Origin: an uncultured Gemmatimonadales bacterium
Lineage (GTDB): Bacteria; Gemmatimonadota; Gemmatimonadetes; Gemmatimonadales; GWC2-71-9
Reading direction: 5' to 3'
DNA length: 64,000 bases
Assembly (NCBI GenBank): GCA_963821525.1
Contig: CAWGED010000004.1
Location: 160,001-224,000 of the forward strand
Positions 19,759-31,704 of this stretch are shown piece after piece; the first letter of the stretch is position 1; each line of letters starts with the position of its first letter. Made by a program: the position numbers and the translations under genes. The notes under the pieces are model-generated. The model was not told where the DNA came from. It worked only from the letters and a program-made list of their open reading frames with translations, and made no database searches.

Positions 19759-21049
19759 CGCACAGCCGCCTAAGTGTCGTGATCGTTGGCGCGGGCTTCG
19801 CCGGGCTGTATGCGGCCAAGGACCTGGGCAAGGCGCCGGTCAACGTCACCGTGGTGGACAGGCACAATCACCACCTCTTCCAGCCAATGCTCTACCAGGT
19901 GGCGACGGCGGGCCTTTCCGAGTCCGACATCGCCTCCCCCATCCGTTCGGTCCTTCGGCGCCAGACCAATACCCAGGTCCTGCTGGGTGAGGTCACGGAG
20001 GTGCGGCCAAACCAGCGTGAGATCGGCTTGGGCGATGGTAGTATTCTAAGCTACGACTACCTGATCCTTGGCGCCGGCGCCCGTCACTCGTATTTCGGCC
20101 GCGACGACTGGGAAATCCTGGCCCCCGGGCTCAAGAGCCTCGAAGACGCCGACGAGATTCGCCGCCGGGTGCTCCTGGCCTTCGAGCGAGCCGAGCGGGA
20201 GACCAGACGCCACCCGCCGTCATGCCCATCTCACCTTCGTCGTGGTCGGGGGCGGCGCCACCGGCGTGGAAGTTGCCGGAGCGCTCGCCGAGATCCGGTC
20301 CTACGCTCTGCGGCGAGACTTCCGCCGCATCGATCCACGAGAAGCGACGGTGATGCTGCTGGAGGGCGGGCCGCGGATTCTCCCGACCTATCCTCCGGAG
20401 CTGAGTCAGCGCGCCAAGGAGCAACTGCGGCGGCTCGGGGTCGAGGTGCGGGAGTCGATGTTGGTCACCGACGTACGCCCCGGCTTCGTGTCTGCCGCGG
20501 GCTGGACCATCCCGACGGGAACCGTGGTGTGGGCTGCCGGCAATGTCGCGAGCCCCTTACTGAAATCGCTCGACGTTCCACTCGATCGCCAGGGCCGAGT
20601 CCTGGTTGAGCCCGACTGCACCGCTCCGGGTCATCCCGAAATTTTTGTACTGGGTGACGCCGCGGCCTACGTTCACCAGGGAGAACAGACTCTGCCCGGT
20701 ATCGCTCCCGTCGCCATTCAGATGGGCCAGTACGCGGCCCGCACCATCCAGGGCGACCTCGCCGGTCGCCCCCGGGTGCACTTCTCCTATTGGGACAAGG
20801 GCCAGCTTGCCGTCATCGGCCGGGGACGCGCCGTGGCGGATCTGGGCCGGTTCAAGTTCGGTGGGTTCTTCGCGTGGCTGGTCTGGATTTTCGTCCACAT
20901 CTTCTTCCTGATCGGGTTCCGTAATCGTCTCCTCGTTCTCTTCGAGTGGGCCTGGGCCTACTTCACCTACGAGCGCGGCGCACGATTGATAACCGGAGCC
21001 TGGGTCGCCAGCCTTACAACTCCCTCCTTCACGCCCGAGCGACAAGTGA
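19755..21049 (+). CDS. ndh: Type II NADH:quinone oxidoreductase (frameshifted)
   Basis: VIVGAGFAG, HLFQPMLYQVATA, VGGGATGVEVAG, VWAAG, GD, DKGQLAVIGR. Confidence 0.9.
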
Positions 21050-22261
21050 ACCGTACGACCCGGCTGTTGATGCGGATAGGCCTTGCCTTGTCTTGCCTCG
21101 GCGGTACCCTCTCGGCCCAGACCAAGCCGTTTCAGCGCGCGCTGGTGCTGACCGGCGGGGGCTTCAAGTTCATGTACGAGTTCGGGGTCTACGACGCGTT
21201 GGTGGACCGGGGATGGAAGCCCGACGTGATCATCACGACCTGCGGCGCCGCGGTAGTGGGCGCGGTGATTCACGGCGTACCGGACCGGACCGAGCGGCTG
21301 GCCCTGTTACAGTCTCCCGCGATGCTCGAAGCGTTCCGCGCGTTCAAGCTCAAGCGCGGCGGATTTCGGGATATCGAACGACTCATTCGGAAGCTTTCGC
21401 GTTATCAGACCGGCTGGCAGACCAACAGCGACGTGGTGCCCGACCTCTTTTCCCTGGCGCTCTTCGACGACGATTCGATCCCGCTTCCGTTCTGGCACAA
21501 GCCATTCGCCGACCGGGCACCCGATGATCCTCATATCATCGTGGTCGGAGCGACCGCGGCCTTCTCACCTGACGACGTGGAGACCCCGCGCAGGGGACGC
21601 AAACTTTATCAGGAGACCTATTTCACCGACCCCGAGATCGCCAGGCTGATAGAGGGATTCAAATCCCCGATCGGCCGAGGCCTATCCCAACAGCGCGGTC
21701 TCCGTTGATACGAAGGTCTTTACCGACTTCTCGGTCGGCGATGCCGCCTCCATCTCCATCCGCGATCCCTTTCTCATGAAGCCCCTCCGCCGCGGAGATC
21801 AGTACTTCACCGGGGGGATCATCGACCTTTACCCGCTCGAGCTGGCCCGGCATCTGGCGTCCGAGGTCGTGATGACGTTCAATTCCGGTATGGTGGATTT
21901 CGAGCTGCTCGCGATCGACGTGACGCTGGGCTACAACATGAACGACCGGCTGCGGACCATCACGGGGCGGAGCGTGGACCACTGGGTGGACGCGACCGGG
22001 ATCAAGTCGCGGGATTTCACGCTCGATCCCAAATTGAAGCGCGGCTTCCCCAAGCTCTTTGAGCTGAAGGAGAATTACCCGCAGGATCAACCGCTGGTGA
22101 TGAGAGACAGCGAGGGCCGGCCCGGCAAGAAGTCGTACGTCGTCACCGCCGAGATGGAGTTTATGCGCCGCGCGCTGGTCGCCTATGATCGTGGATACGA
22201 CCGCGGGATTGAAGCCATTGCAGAGGTGACCCCGGGAAGCACAGCGCGTATCCGCTACTAA
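21046..22261 (+). CDS. Exported atypical patatin-like protein (frameshifted)
   Basis: Signal peptide, ALVLTGGG, PDVIITTCGAA, YFTGG. Confidence 0.65.
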
Positions 22262-22303
22262 GGACGGTCGTAACTTCGAGAAGCCCCCCCGACACGCAGC
22301 CCA

Positions 22304-23261
22304 GTGATCGCCGGAATCCCCCGCGCAGCCTCCTACCCTTACCGCAGCCCAGGTCAAAACCGAAGCGAATTCGACTGGGATTCTCGGCTTGTGCCATCAC
22401 CTCGCTCGAGCCCCTGCCCCATAGCGAGGAGCTCGATCGGTGGCTGGCGAGCGGGAAGGCGGGGAACATGCGCTACCTCCATCGGCAGGCCAAAAAAGCG
22501 GAAGAATCCGCAGGTAACGGACAAGACCGCGAAGCGGGCAATAGTAGTACTTGATAGCTACTACTACGAATCGAGCCAAGGAGACCAATCGCCCACAAGT
22601 GGCGAGGTACGCCCGGGGAACAGACTACCACACCGTCACACGACGGCGATTGGAGCTTCTGGCAGATTTTCTCCGCCAGAATGGCGCTCAGACGGCCCGC
22701 GCCTACACAGACTCCGGCCCGCTCGCTGAACGAGAGCTCGCCCAACGAGCTGGGCTAGGCTGGATCGGCAAAAACACGATGCTCATCCGCCCAAACCAAG
22801 GGTCATGGATGTTCATCGGGACTGTTCTCACCGATCTCGAGCTTGAGATTGATTCCCCATTTGAGACCGACCACTGTGGGTCATGCACCAGGTGTCTCGA
22901 CGCTTGCCCGACTCAGGCCTTCGAGGCCCCGCGAGTCCTCGACGCGACGCGCTGCATCTCGTATCTCACCATCGAGCATCGGGGACCTATTCCAGCTGAC
23001 CTGATCGACCGGTTCGAAGGCTGGGCCTTCGGATGCGACATCTGCAATGAGGTCTGCCCCTGGAATGTCCGCTTCGCCACGGAGTCGAGAGTGCCGGAGT
23101 TCCGGCCGCGCGCAAGCCTCGACGGTGCCGCGCCCGACTTCTTCGATGAGCTGGATGAGCCGGCCTTTGCGGCAAGCTTCGGGGACACGCCCCTTCAGCG
23201 ACCAGGGCTCGAGCGTATGCGGCGCAACTGGCGGGCAGCCTGGACTTCTCTGAAACCCTGA
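22304..23261 (+). CDS. queG: Epoxyqueuosine reductase (frameshifted N-terminus)
   Basis: VARYARGTDYH, ERELAQRAGLGWIGKN, CGSCTRCLDACP, RCISY, GCDICNEVCPWN. Confidence 0.93.
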
Positions 23262-23267
23262 TGCCCG

Positions 23268-23630
23268 ATGCCGCCCACCCTCTACAGCGTGGCCATTTTC
23301 GTTACCGACATCGACCGGGCCAAGACCTTCTATCGGGATCACCTCGGGCTCACCCTCATCAAGGAGGGAAGCTTCGGCGCCGAGTTCTGCGAAGGAGAGA
23401 CCCGTCTCGGCGTTCATCCGGCAGTTCACCCCGACGCGCGAGCGATGGTGGGCCGCCACACGGGAGTGACTCTCAGAGTCTCCGGGCTCCTGCCCTATTG
23501 CGAGCGGTTGCACGAATGTGGAGTGCGCTTCGTGACCGAGCCGACCCGGCAATCGTTTGGCATCATGGCGATGATCACCGACCCGGACGGCAACGTGTTC
23601 GCCCTCTGGGATGAAACGGTGCCCGAGTGA
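23268..23630 (+). CDS. VOC/glyoxalase family protein
   Basis: VTDIDRAKTFY...DPDGN. Confidence 0.88.
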   Translation: MPPTLYSVAIFVTDIDRAKTFYRDHLGLTLIKEGSFGAEFCEGETRLGVHPAVHPDARAMVGRHTGVTLRVSGLLPYCERLHECGVRFVTEPTRQSFGIMAMITDPDGNVFALWDETVPE

Positions 23631-24403
23631 TGGAAGGCCTGATCACGACACTCGTCTCGATCTGGACCTGGACGGTCCTCGTCGCCTGCCTCGTGATCTG
23701 GCTGCCGATCATGACGCTGATGCGCGTCGTGCTGGCTCCGTTCGATCGAGGACTCTACTGGGTCGGACTCTTCTTCCGTCAGTGCGCCGTGATCGCCGCG
23801 ACACTGAACCCCTACTGGCGCTTTCGGACTGCCGGTAACAGGCCACCCGATCCCCGGCGCCCTTACGTCGTGGTTTCCAACCACGAATCCTTCGCCGACA
23901 TCCTCCTTATCAGCCACCTGCCTTGGGAAATGAAGTGGCTCTCGAAGGTGGAAATCATGCGCATCCCTGTCCTCGGCTGGGATATGTACCTGGCCGGCGA
24001 CATTCCGGTTGAGCGGGGAACGGCGCGGAGTGCGGTGAAAGCGATGCACCGATGCCAGGAAGTGCTCAAGAAGAAGGTGTCGGTGATCATCTTTCCGGAA
24101 GGAACCCGCTCGGCCAGCGGCGAGATGCTTCCCTTCAAGGACGGAGCCTTTCGCCTCGCGATCGATGCCGGCGTGCCGATCTTGCCTCTCGTGGTCTCCG
24201 GGACCGGCACCGCGCTCCGCAAGCACGACTGGCGAGTAGGAAAAGTGAATGCAGTGGTAACGGTGCTGGATCCGATCGAAACGACCGGCCTCACCCACAA
24301 GGATATCAAGCAGCTTCGGGACCGGGTCCGGGCCGTGATTGAAGCCGAGCGCGGTAAGGTTTCTCCGAAGGCTATTCCCGTCCCAGCTCAGCCGGAGACC
24401 TGA
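23627..24403 (+). CDS. plsC: 1-acyl-sn-glycerol-3-phosphate acyltransferase
   Basis: NHESFAD (HX4D), FPEGTRS, FKDGAF. Confidence 0.9.
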   Translation: MMEGLITTLVSIWTWTVLVACLVIWLPIMTLMRVVLAPFDRGLYWVGLFFRQCAVIAATLNPYWRFRTAGNRPPDPRRPYVVVSNHESFADILLISHLPWEMKWLSKVEIMRIPVLGWDMYLAGDIPVERGTARSAVKAMHRCQEVLKKKVSVIIFPEGTRSASGEMLPFKDGAFRLAIDAGVPILPLVVSGTGTALRKHDWRVGKVNAVVTVLDPIETTGLTHKDIKQLRDRVRAVIEAERGKVSPKAIPVPAQPET

Positions 24404-25279
24404 CTCTCCCCACCCCACCTGCCAGCACGAGCAGAGTCAACACGTAGGGAAGCATCAGGAAGAGCTGATAAGGGAGGTTCAACAGGATCGATTGGAAGAG
24501 AAACTGAAGCGCCATCGCCGCGCCGAAGAAGAGCGCCGCCGCTGCCACTCTGCCCGGCCGCCAACCACCCAGTACAACAATGGCGACCGCCATGAACCCC
24601 CGGCCCGCCGTCATCTTTTCCGCAAACGTTCCCACCTGGGCTAGCACCAGGCTCGCACCGGCAATGCCGGCGAACATGCCTCCCAGAACGAGGGCGACGA
24701 TCCGAATTCGCTTGACCCGTACCCCGGCGGCAGTAGCAGCTTCCACCGATTCTCCGGCCGCTCTGAGCGCCAGACCCCACCGAGTCCGAAACAACAGGAA
24801 CCAGAGCGCCGGCACGGCAGATATCCGAGGTAGGTTAGGATCGACTGCTCGAACAATGCCGGGCCGAGCAGAGGGATTCGATCAAGGCCCGGAATGGGAA
24901 TAACAGGAAAAGTCGGCAAACTGAGTCCCACGCCCGCGGAACCGTAGACCTCCCGGTAGATCGCTCCGGTTGCACCCACCGCACCAAGTGTGATTGCGGT
25001 GCCGCTGATGATCTGGTTCGCTCCTGCGGCTACGGCGATGAGCCCAAACCCGAGAGAAAGCATGGCTCCCGTCGCCGCGGCGGCGAACGTCCCCGCCCAG
25101 GGACCACCCGCGGTGGAGCCGATGGCTGCGGCGAGAGCACCGGCGAGCATCGCTCCTTCGATTCCCAGATTGATCACCCCGCCCCGCTCGGCCAGGGTCT
25201 CTCCCAGCGCAGCGAGAAGTAGCGGTGTCGCTACCCGGACTGCGCTAGTCAAGAATGAGACGAGAAGGTCCGCGTCCAT
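24372..25279 (-). CDS. Nucleoside/simple-sugar ABC permease (frameshifted)
   Basis: TPLLLAALGE..ER.GVINLGIEG, ANQIISG, GRGFMAVA, PY.LT. Confidence 0.88.
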
Positions 25280-25282
25280 ATC

Positions 25283-26311
25283 TCAGAACCTCCCGTCGCT
25301 GCGCCGCCGCGCAAAGGCGTCGGACAACAGCACGACAATGATGATCACCGCCTCGATCAGGTAGACCAGGACCGCCGGGACACCGGCCTCCCGCTGAAGG
25401 CCTCCGGCACCCGCTTCCAGCGCCGCGAAGAGCAGGCCGGTTGCTATGGTGCCCAGGGGATCGAGGCGCGCGAGCAACGCCACGGCGATGCCGGTGAAGC
25501 CGTAACCCGGCGAGAGACTCTGAAACAGCGCGTAGGACACGCCCGACACCTCGATCCCCCCGGCGAGACCAGCGATCCCACCGGAGAGCAAGCAGGGCGG
25601 TGGCGATCATCTTCTTGGTGTCGATCCTGCCGGCGATACCGGCAGCGAGAGGTCCCGCGCCCGTGGCCCGGAGCTGGAAGCCCCATAAGGTGCGGCGATA
25701 GAGCGAGCCAGAGCACCAGAGCCAGGCTGATCGCAAGCAGCAGCCCCAAGTGCAGCCGGGTTCCCGGAATCTGCGGCAAGCGGGCGCTCGCTGCGATCGG
25801 ATCGCTCTGCGGATAGATCCGCTTGGTTTCCTGTAGCGGCCCCTGCACCATCCAGCTTACCAGCGCGTCGGCCACGAAATTCAGCAGCAGGGTGCTGATC
25901 ACCTCCAGCACGCCGAAGCGGACGCGGAGCAGCACGGGCACGGCGACCCATAAGACGCCGGCCAGGATCGAAGTGATCAGCAGGGCAGCGATAGCCAGAG
26001 GAGCCTGGCCACCCGTTCAGATGAAGACCCGCCCAGGTGGCCGCGATTGCCCCCGCGTAGAACTGGCCTTCGGCACCGATGTTGAGCGCACCGGCCCTGA
26101 AGGCCAGGCCGATGCCCAGTCCGATAACGATCAGGGGAATCGAACGGGGAAGTACGGCCGAGAGAATGGTATCCCACGAGCCGAATGCCCCCCGCCACAT
26201 GGCGCCCAGCGCGACGATCGGATCATGCCCGGTTGCAACCAGGGTGACAGCGAGAACCGCAATGCCGGCCGCGACGGCACTGATCAGCGGCAGGGATCGT
26301 TCAGCTCGCAC
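25283..26311 (-). CDS. Nucleoside ABC permease (frameshifted)
   Basis: FRAGALNIGAEGQ, EVISTLLLNF, GYGFTGIAVALLA. Confidence 0.88.
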
Positions 26312-27765
26312 CCGGCACCTCGACCAGCATCCGTGCGCCGATCTCCTGGCGAGTAGCGCCCTCCGGGAGCTCGATCACCCGGCCTTCCCTGACTACGAGC
26401 ACGCGGTCCGCCAGCTCGACCACTTCATCGAGGTCGCTGGAATGGAAGAGCACAGCCACTCCACGCGTTCGCGGCTTCTCTGAGTCTTGCGTGAATCTCG
26501 GCGGTCGCCTTGATGTCGAGCCCGCGAGTCGGATTTTCCGCGACGAGGACCGTCGGTTGACGCTCCAACGCCGCCGCCAGAACCATCCGTTGCTGGTTAC
26601 CCCCACTGAGCGCGAGGCCGGAGTCCTCGGCCCTGGAGCCCGCACGGAGAACTCGCCGAGCAGATCCTGTGTGCGCCGCTCGACCGCTCCCCAGTCGAGC
26701 CACGGTCCCCGGACCCACGCACCGCTCTGGCCCTGACTCATCGCGAGGTTTTCGGCCAGAGTGAACTCACCGATCAAGGCTTCGCTGGTGCGATCCTCCG
26801 GCACGAACGACACCGGGGCGGAGACGTCGAGTTCTCCTCGTGACGGCCTGAGCAGTCCGGCGACAGCGCGGAGCAATTCCCGCTGTCCATTGCCTTCAAC
26901 CGCGGCGATTCCGACCACCTCACCCGACCGGGCGATGAAAGTGGCCTCCCGGAGCGGAGCCCCGCTCGGTCCCGACCGCTCTACCGCGAGCTCCCGGGCT
27001 CGCACCCGGACCTCGCCGGCTGGCAGCCGAACGGCTCGCCCGCTGCGGCGCCCACGCCGGGTCACCGATCATCAGGGCGGCGAGGCGAGCGGGTGGCTCC
27101 GCACTCGCCGGACCGGTGTGAACTACCTCTCCCCGCCGCAGAACCGTGACCCGGTCAGCGACCCGCGTGGCTTCATCGAGCTTGTGGGTGATGAGGACCG
27201 CCGACATCCCTCTGGACCGGAAGCTTTGTATCCGGGTGAGGAGCGACTCGGCTTCCGCGGGCGACAGGACAGAGGAGGGTTCGTCGAGCAGGAGAATCCG
27301 CGCGTCAGTTGCGAGCGCCTTGAGCACCTCGAGCCGCTGTTTGAGCACGGCGGGGAGGTCCTCCGCGCGGGCGGCGGGATCGATGGGGAGCCCGGTTCGC
27401 TCGCCAAGGTCCCGCACCCGCCGATATAGCGGTCCGGGTGAGACCGACCACCCGGCAGTCAATCCGATGTTTTCCGCTGCGGTTAGTGCGGGAACCGATG
27501 TGAAGTGCTGGTGCACCATGCCGATGCCCAGGTGGCGGGCATCGAGTGGTCCCCGGATCTGCTGCGGGTTCCCACGCACCAGGATCTGACCCGCATCCGG
27601 CCGAATCAGGCCAAATGCGATTCCCATGAGGGTGGATTTCCCCGCGCCATTCTCTCCCAACAGCGCATGGATCTCCCCCTCTTCCAGAATGAAATCGGCC
27701 CCGCGGAGAGCCTGCACGGGGCCGAAGTGTTTGGTTATTCCGCGAAGCTCGAGAACCGGAGCCAT
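26301..27765 (-). CDS. Nucleoside ABC ATP-binding protein, two NBDs (frameshifted)
   Basis: GENGAGKST, MVHQHF, LDEP, ITHKL, GNGQ, VPEDR, LSGGNQQR, PTRGLD. Confidence 0.9.
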
Positions 27766-27771
27766 GCGCGC

Positions 27772-28542
27772 TTACATCCCGGTGGGATGGTCATGAAATT
27801 CCCAACTCAAGCCGAATCGGGACGCAAGGTGAGCTGCGAGCGCTCTCACGCCAAGAGTTTCGGTCGCATAGTGACCCGCGTAGACAACGTTCAGCCCCCA
27901 TTCCATCGCATCGAAGTAGGTGTGGGCTGCCCCTTCCCCCGAGACCAGCGTGTCGCACCCGGCATCGCGGGCGGCGGCCATCATGCTCCCCCCACTTCCA
28001 GTCACAACGCCAACCTGAGCGGGTCGCTCCGGGCCGCCGGGTATCAGGCGCGCCGAGCCGCTCGCCCCGCCGACGGCGCGCTCCACCTCCGTGAGCAAGG
28101 CCGTCCGTGAGGGGACCGAGGTTTTCCCAGCGACACCCAACGCGATGCCTCGATAGTTGCCGAACCAGGTCAGGTCGCGGAGTCCCAAGGCACCGGCCAG
28201 CAGTGCATTGTTCCCCACCTCGGGATGGACATCGAGCGGAATATGGGCGGCGTAGAGCGCGATGTCGCGATCGAGCAGCGCCTTGAGCCGCCGATAGTGG
28301 CGGCCGGTGAGGCGGGGATTCCCATCCCAGAACAGCCCGTGGTGCACCACCAGCAGGCTGCCAGCTCCCGTGCCGTCGATCGTCTGCTGAGATGCATCAA
28401 CCGCCGCAACGATGCGCTGAATCGTTCCGCTGTTTTCTACCTGCAGGCCGTTCTGAGCATTGGGCTCGTCCGGCGTTTCCCGGACTCGGAGGTAGGTATC
28501 GAGATAGGCGGTGAGATCGGCAAGCCCGCCCTCCGTGCTCAC
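27772..28542 (-). CDS. Nif3-like/DUF34 dinuclear metal protein
   Basis: NGLQV, VHHGLFW, HIPLDVHPEVGNN, GHYATE. Confidence 0.92.
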   Translation of the reverse strand: MSTEGGLADLTAYLDTYLRVRETPDEPNAQNGLQVENSGTIQRIVAAVDASQQTIDGTGAGSLLVVHHGLFWDGNPRLTGRHYRRLKALLDRDIALYAAHIPLDVHPEVGNNALLAGALGLRDLTWFGNYRGIALGVAGKTSVPSRTALLTEVERAVGGASGSARLIPGGPERPAQVGVVTGSGGSMMAAARDAGCDTLVSGEGAAHTYFDAMEWGLNVVYAGHYATETLGVRALAAHLASRFGLSWEFHDHPTGM

Positions 28543-29535
28543 GGCGCGACCGAGTCCCGCGCCATGATGGAATCCGCCGCCGCCTTCAGTCGCTGCTTGA
28601 CGGTGGCTGGAACGGTCCCTTCGAGAGCAGGGTTGGGCTCGTACCGGATGACTCCGCTCTTGAGCCCGAACGATTCGACTCTGGGTGAAAAGGTCCCGCC
28701 GTGGACTTCACGGGCAACGGTCAGGAATGCCCTGGGCAGGTCGATGACCGCGGACCCCAAGACTCGCTCCGGCGCAAGCGCGTGCTGATCCTCGTTCGCG
28801 CCGAAGATGAAGGCGTTCGGGGATTGCTTCACAGCCTGGAAAACCCCGAGATGCGGCGGCGTCGGCGTTGTGATGGAACATGTCGGCGCCGGCGCGAATC
28901 AAAGCAATGGCCGCTTCACGACCCGCGGCGACGTCGTCGAAGGTGTTGAGGTAGGCGGAGCGGCTCACCACCGATGGCCGAATCGATTTGGCACCAGCCA
29001 CCCAGGCATTTTCCGCTTCTTTGATCGGCGGAAGCTCGATCCCGCCGACAAACCCGATGCTTCCGGTCTTGGTCATGCCGCCGGCCACAATCCCGGCGAG
29101 ATAGCTCGCCTCGTAGAGGCGGAAAATGAGCGGTGAAACGTTGCCGCTCACCCGCTCGCCCGAGGTCACGATGAACACGGTTTTCGGGTATTGGGCCGAA
29201 ACTCGTTCAGCCAGGCCTTGGAACTCGAAGCCGTGCGCGAAGACCAGATTGAATCCCTGGGCGGCGTAGGTCCGAAGCGCCTCCTCCTGTTCGGAAGGGG
29301 TCTTCGCTTCTACCTGGCTGATTCGAACGTGGAGGGAGTCCCTGATCTCTTGAAGGCCTCGGTAGGCACCGGAATTCCAGGCAGCATCGTCAATGGATCC
29401 CGGAGTGACCAGCCCGACCCGAAATTCGCCTGCGGATTTGGGCCCGGCACATCCGATTGCCAGAATGGTTGTGCCAAGCCACAATAGCGACACAATCGCA
29501 ACAGTGACGCTATGTAGTCTTGTACGCTGCGTCAC
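28539..29535 (-). CDS. BMP family nucleoside-binding lipoprotein (frameshifted)
   Basis: LAIGC lipobox, DAAWN, HGFEF, EASYLAG, GFVGG; start approximate. Confidence 0.88.
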
Positions 29536-29581
29536 TCTAAAGTAAGAAATAGGAATGATTTCCACAGAAAGCGACGACTTA

Positions 29582-30037
29582 TCAACGATTGTGGGAATCA
29601 CCGGAGAGAGCCCTGTCAGCTTCACTACCGCCAGTGTGACCGATATCCGTCATGAGCCCATCCGTGGCCGCCATGGAGAGCTGGCCATTCACCTTCCCAC
29701 CCTCGGCGATCAGGATGCGCTGGGTCATGATGTCACCGTTCACCACTGCACCACTCTGAATCTCGACTCGCTCCTCCGCGCGTACCGCGCCCTCGATTTC
29801 GCCCCCGATTACGGCTTCGCGTGTCAGGACATCTCCGTGGATGACCCCGCCCTTCGCAATAAGGATCTGACCGGCGGCCCGAACCGCGCCCCGAATTTCG
29901 CCCTCGACCTTGACCACTCCCTCACTTGCCACATCGCCCACTACCAGGGTGCCGGCGGCAATGATCGTCAGGCCGGCATTCTCGGAGCGGCGGCCTGCGG
30001 AGTCGGATGACCTCGAGGACCCGGAGAAGATCGCCAT
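29582..30037 (-). CDS. Bactofilin (polymer-forming cytoskeletal protein)
   Basis: TIIAAG..VGD...VEG.I.G...G.I.G...G.VNG beta-helix repeats. Confidence 0.9.
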   Translation of the reverse strand: MAIFSGSSRSSDSAGRRSENAGLTIIAAGTLVVGDVASEGVVKVEGEIRGAVRAAGQILIAKGGVIHGDVLTREAVIGGEIEGAVRAEERVEIQSGAVVNGDIMTQRILIAEGGKVNGQLSMAATDGLMTDIGHTGGSEADRALSGDSHNR

Positions 30038-30828
30038 CAGCTTCCCTCCTTAACCAAAGTCGTTGGATCGAGCGACTGCCCGTTAAGGCGTATCTCGAAG
30101 TGAAGGTGAGGTGCGCTGGAGCGGCCGCTGTTACCGGAGAGCCCGATGACCTCACCCGCGCTCACCGGCCGCCCAGCCTGAACCGTCGTCCGGTCCAGGT
30201 GCCCGTACATGGACTGGTACCCCTCGGGATGTTGCAGGAGGACGAAAGTCCCGTACTCCGCGTCGGTCCCAGTGCGCAGCACGGTACCCCCGCCTGACGC
30301 ACGCACCATGGTCCCGATCGGTACTGCAATGTCAAGGCCGGGATGCTGCTCGTCCATGGTGCCGGTGCCGACCTGACCTCGAGTCACATACCCCGGATCG
30401 TCGAGAGGCCAGTGCCGCGGGACGCTGCTTCCCGTCTCGAAGCGAACCGGTCCATCCGGGATTCTGGCCCGGACCGGCGGCGCTACCGGGAGCGGCGTAG
30501 ATAGAGAAACTGGATCAGGGACGATGTCGGCGCCCAGCATCTGGCGAATCTTGGAGTACCGCTGTTCGGCCGAATCGAGGGCGGCAACCAACTCCCGGAT
30601 CCTCCCATTCTCCGTCTCGAGCCGGGCGATTTCATTCTCCAGGCCGGGAACCCTGGCCGCTGCGCGGAAAATGGGAAGATAGAACGCTGCGGCGAGAACC
30701 ACTCCGGTACCGACCACTGCGCAGACGAGCGCGAGCGAACGAAGCGCCCAGAGAGGAATGCGGATCGTGCGTGAGGTAAGCGCACCGTCCGGTTGCAGGA
30801 TGATCGTCAGCGAACGGCGCGGAGCCAC
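30037..30828 (-). CDS. M23 peptidase with N-terminal TM and coiled coil
   Basis: HPGLD, YGHL, SGNSGRSSAPHLHFE. Confidence 0.92.
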   Translation of the reverse strand: MAPRRSLTIILQPDGALTSRTIRIPLWALRSLALVCAVVGTGVVLAAAFYLPIFRAAARVPGLENEIARLETENGRIRELVAALDSAEQRYSKIRQMLGADIVPDPVSLSTPLPVAPPVRARIPDGPVRFETGSSVPRHWPLDDPGYVTRGQVGTGTMDEQHPGLDIAVPIGTMVRASGGGTVLRTGTDAEYGTFVLLQHPEGYQSMYGHLDRTTVQAGRPVSAGEVIGLSGNSGRSSAPHLHFEIRLNGQSLDPTTLVKEGS

Positions 30829-31704
30829 TTAGCCCTCGAAGGGTCTTCCCAGCAGGAGCTCGAGCAGACGGGCGAGATCGTCGTTCGAGTAATAGCTGAG
30901 CGCGATGAGACCTCTCCCTTTGCGCCGCGCGGTCACCCGGATATCGGTTCCGAGGCGTTTCCGCAGCGCATCTTCCACCCGGCGATGCTCGGCCGAGGCC
31001 TCCTGTGGGCCGGTGGGCCGGCGAGCAGTCCGGGGAGCTCGTCCCTCGCGCACCCGGCTTTCGGTGTCGCGCACGGTCCAGCCGTTCGCCGCCGCATCCT
31101 TCGCCAGGCGACTCATCTGTGTGGTGTCGCTCACACCGAGCAATGCTCTCGCGTGGCCTTCCGACAGCCTTCCGTCTTCGAGCATTTCCCGCACATCGGC
31201 TGGTAGCCGTAGCAGGCGAAGCGCGTTCGCTACGGTGGAGCGGTCCTTCCCGACCAGCTCTCCGACGTCAGCAGGAGAAGCCTGAAACTCGTCGATAAGG
31301 CGCTGGTAACTCCGCGCCGTCTCGAAGGGAGAGAGGTTGTCCCGTTGGAGATTCTCGACCAGTGCCAGCGTGAGGAGTGTGCGATCGTCGGCTTCCTTGA
31401 TCACCGCGGGGATTCGCGGCCAGCCGAGTCGTTGGACCGCGCGCCAGCGACGCTCTCCCGCGATGAGCTGATATCCACCGGCATGGGCTCGCACGACCAC
31501 CGGCTGCAAGAGACCGGAGGTCTGGATCGACGTGACTAGTTCCTGCAGCGCTGCCTCGTCCACCTTCACGCGCGGCTGATACGGATTGGGTCGTATCGCG
31601 TCGACGGGCAGTTCCTGCAGTGCGGCCTCTGGCTCGGCCTGATGCCGAGCAACCGGTCCCAACAGGGCTTCCAGCCCCCGGCCGAGTCGCTTCGTCTCGC
31701 TCAT
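30829..31704 (-). CDS. parB: Chromosome partitioning protein ParB
   Basis: LGRGL, NPYQPR, GERRWRA, ENLQR, RSTVAN, GHARAL. Confidence 0.97.
   Translation of the reverse strand: MSETKRLGRGLEALLGPVARHQAEPEAALQELPVDAIRPNPYQPRVKVDEAALQELVTSIQTSGLLQPVVVRAHAGGYQLIAGERRWRAVQRLGWPRIPAVIKEADDRTLLTLALVENLQRDNLSPFETARSYQRLIDEFQASPADVGELVGKDRSTVANALRLLRLPADVREMLEDGRLSEGHARALLGVSDTTQMSRLAKDAAANGWTVRDTESRVREGRAPRTARRPTGPQEASAEHRRVEDALRKRLGTDIRVTARRKGRGLIALSYYSNDDLARLLELLLGRPFEG

Noticed and set aside
20068..21708. Apparent NDH-2-patatin fusion
   Set aside because: GTGA overlap at 21046-49 followed by a fresh signal peptide suggests two genes joined by an indel
29455..29480. Sigma54-like TGGCAC on the minus strand
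   Set aside because: Lacks the -12 GC at the required spacing and lies within the CDS
29555..29570. DnaA-box-like TTTCCACA suggesting oriC
   Set aside because: Single imperfect match; no box cluster or dnaA in the window
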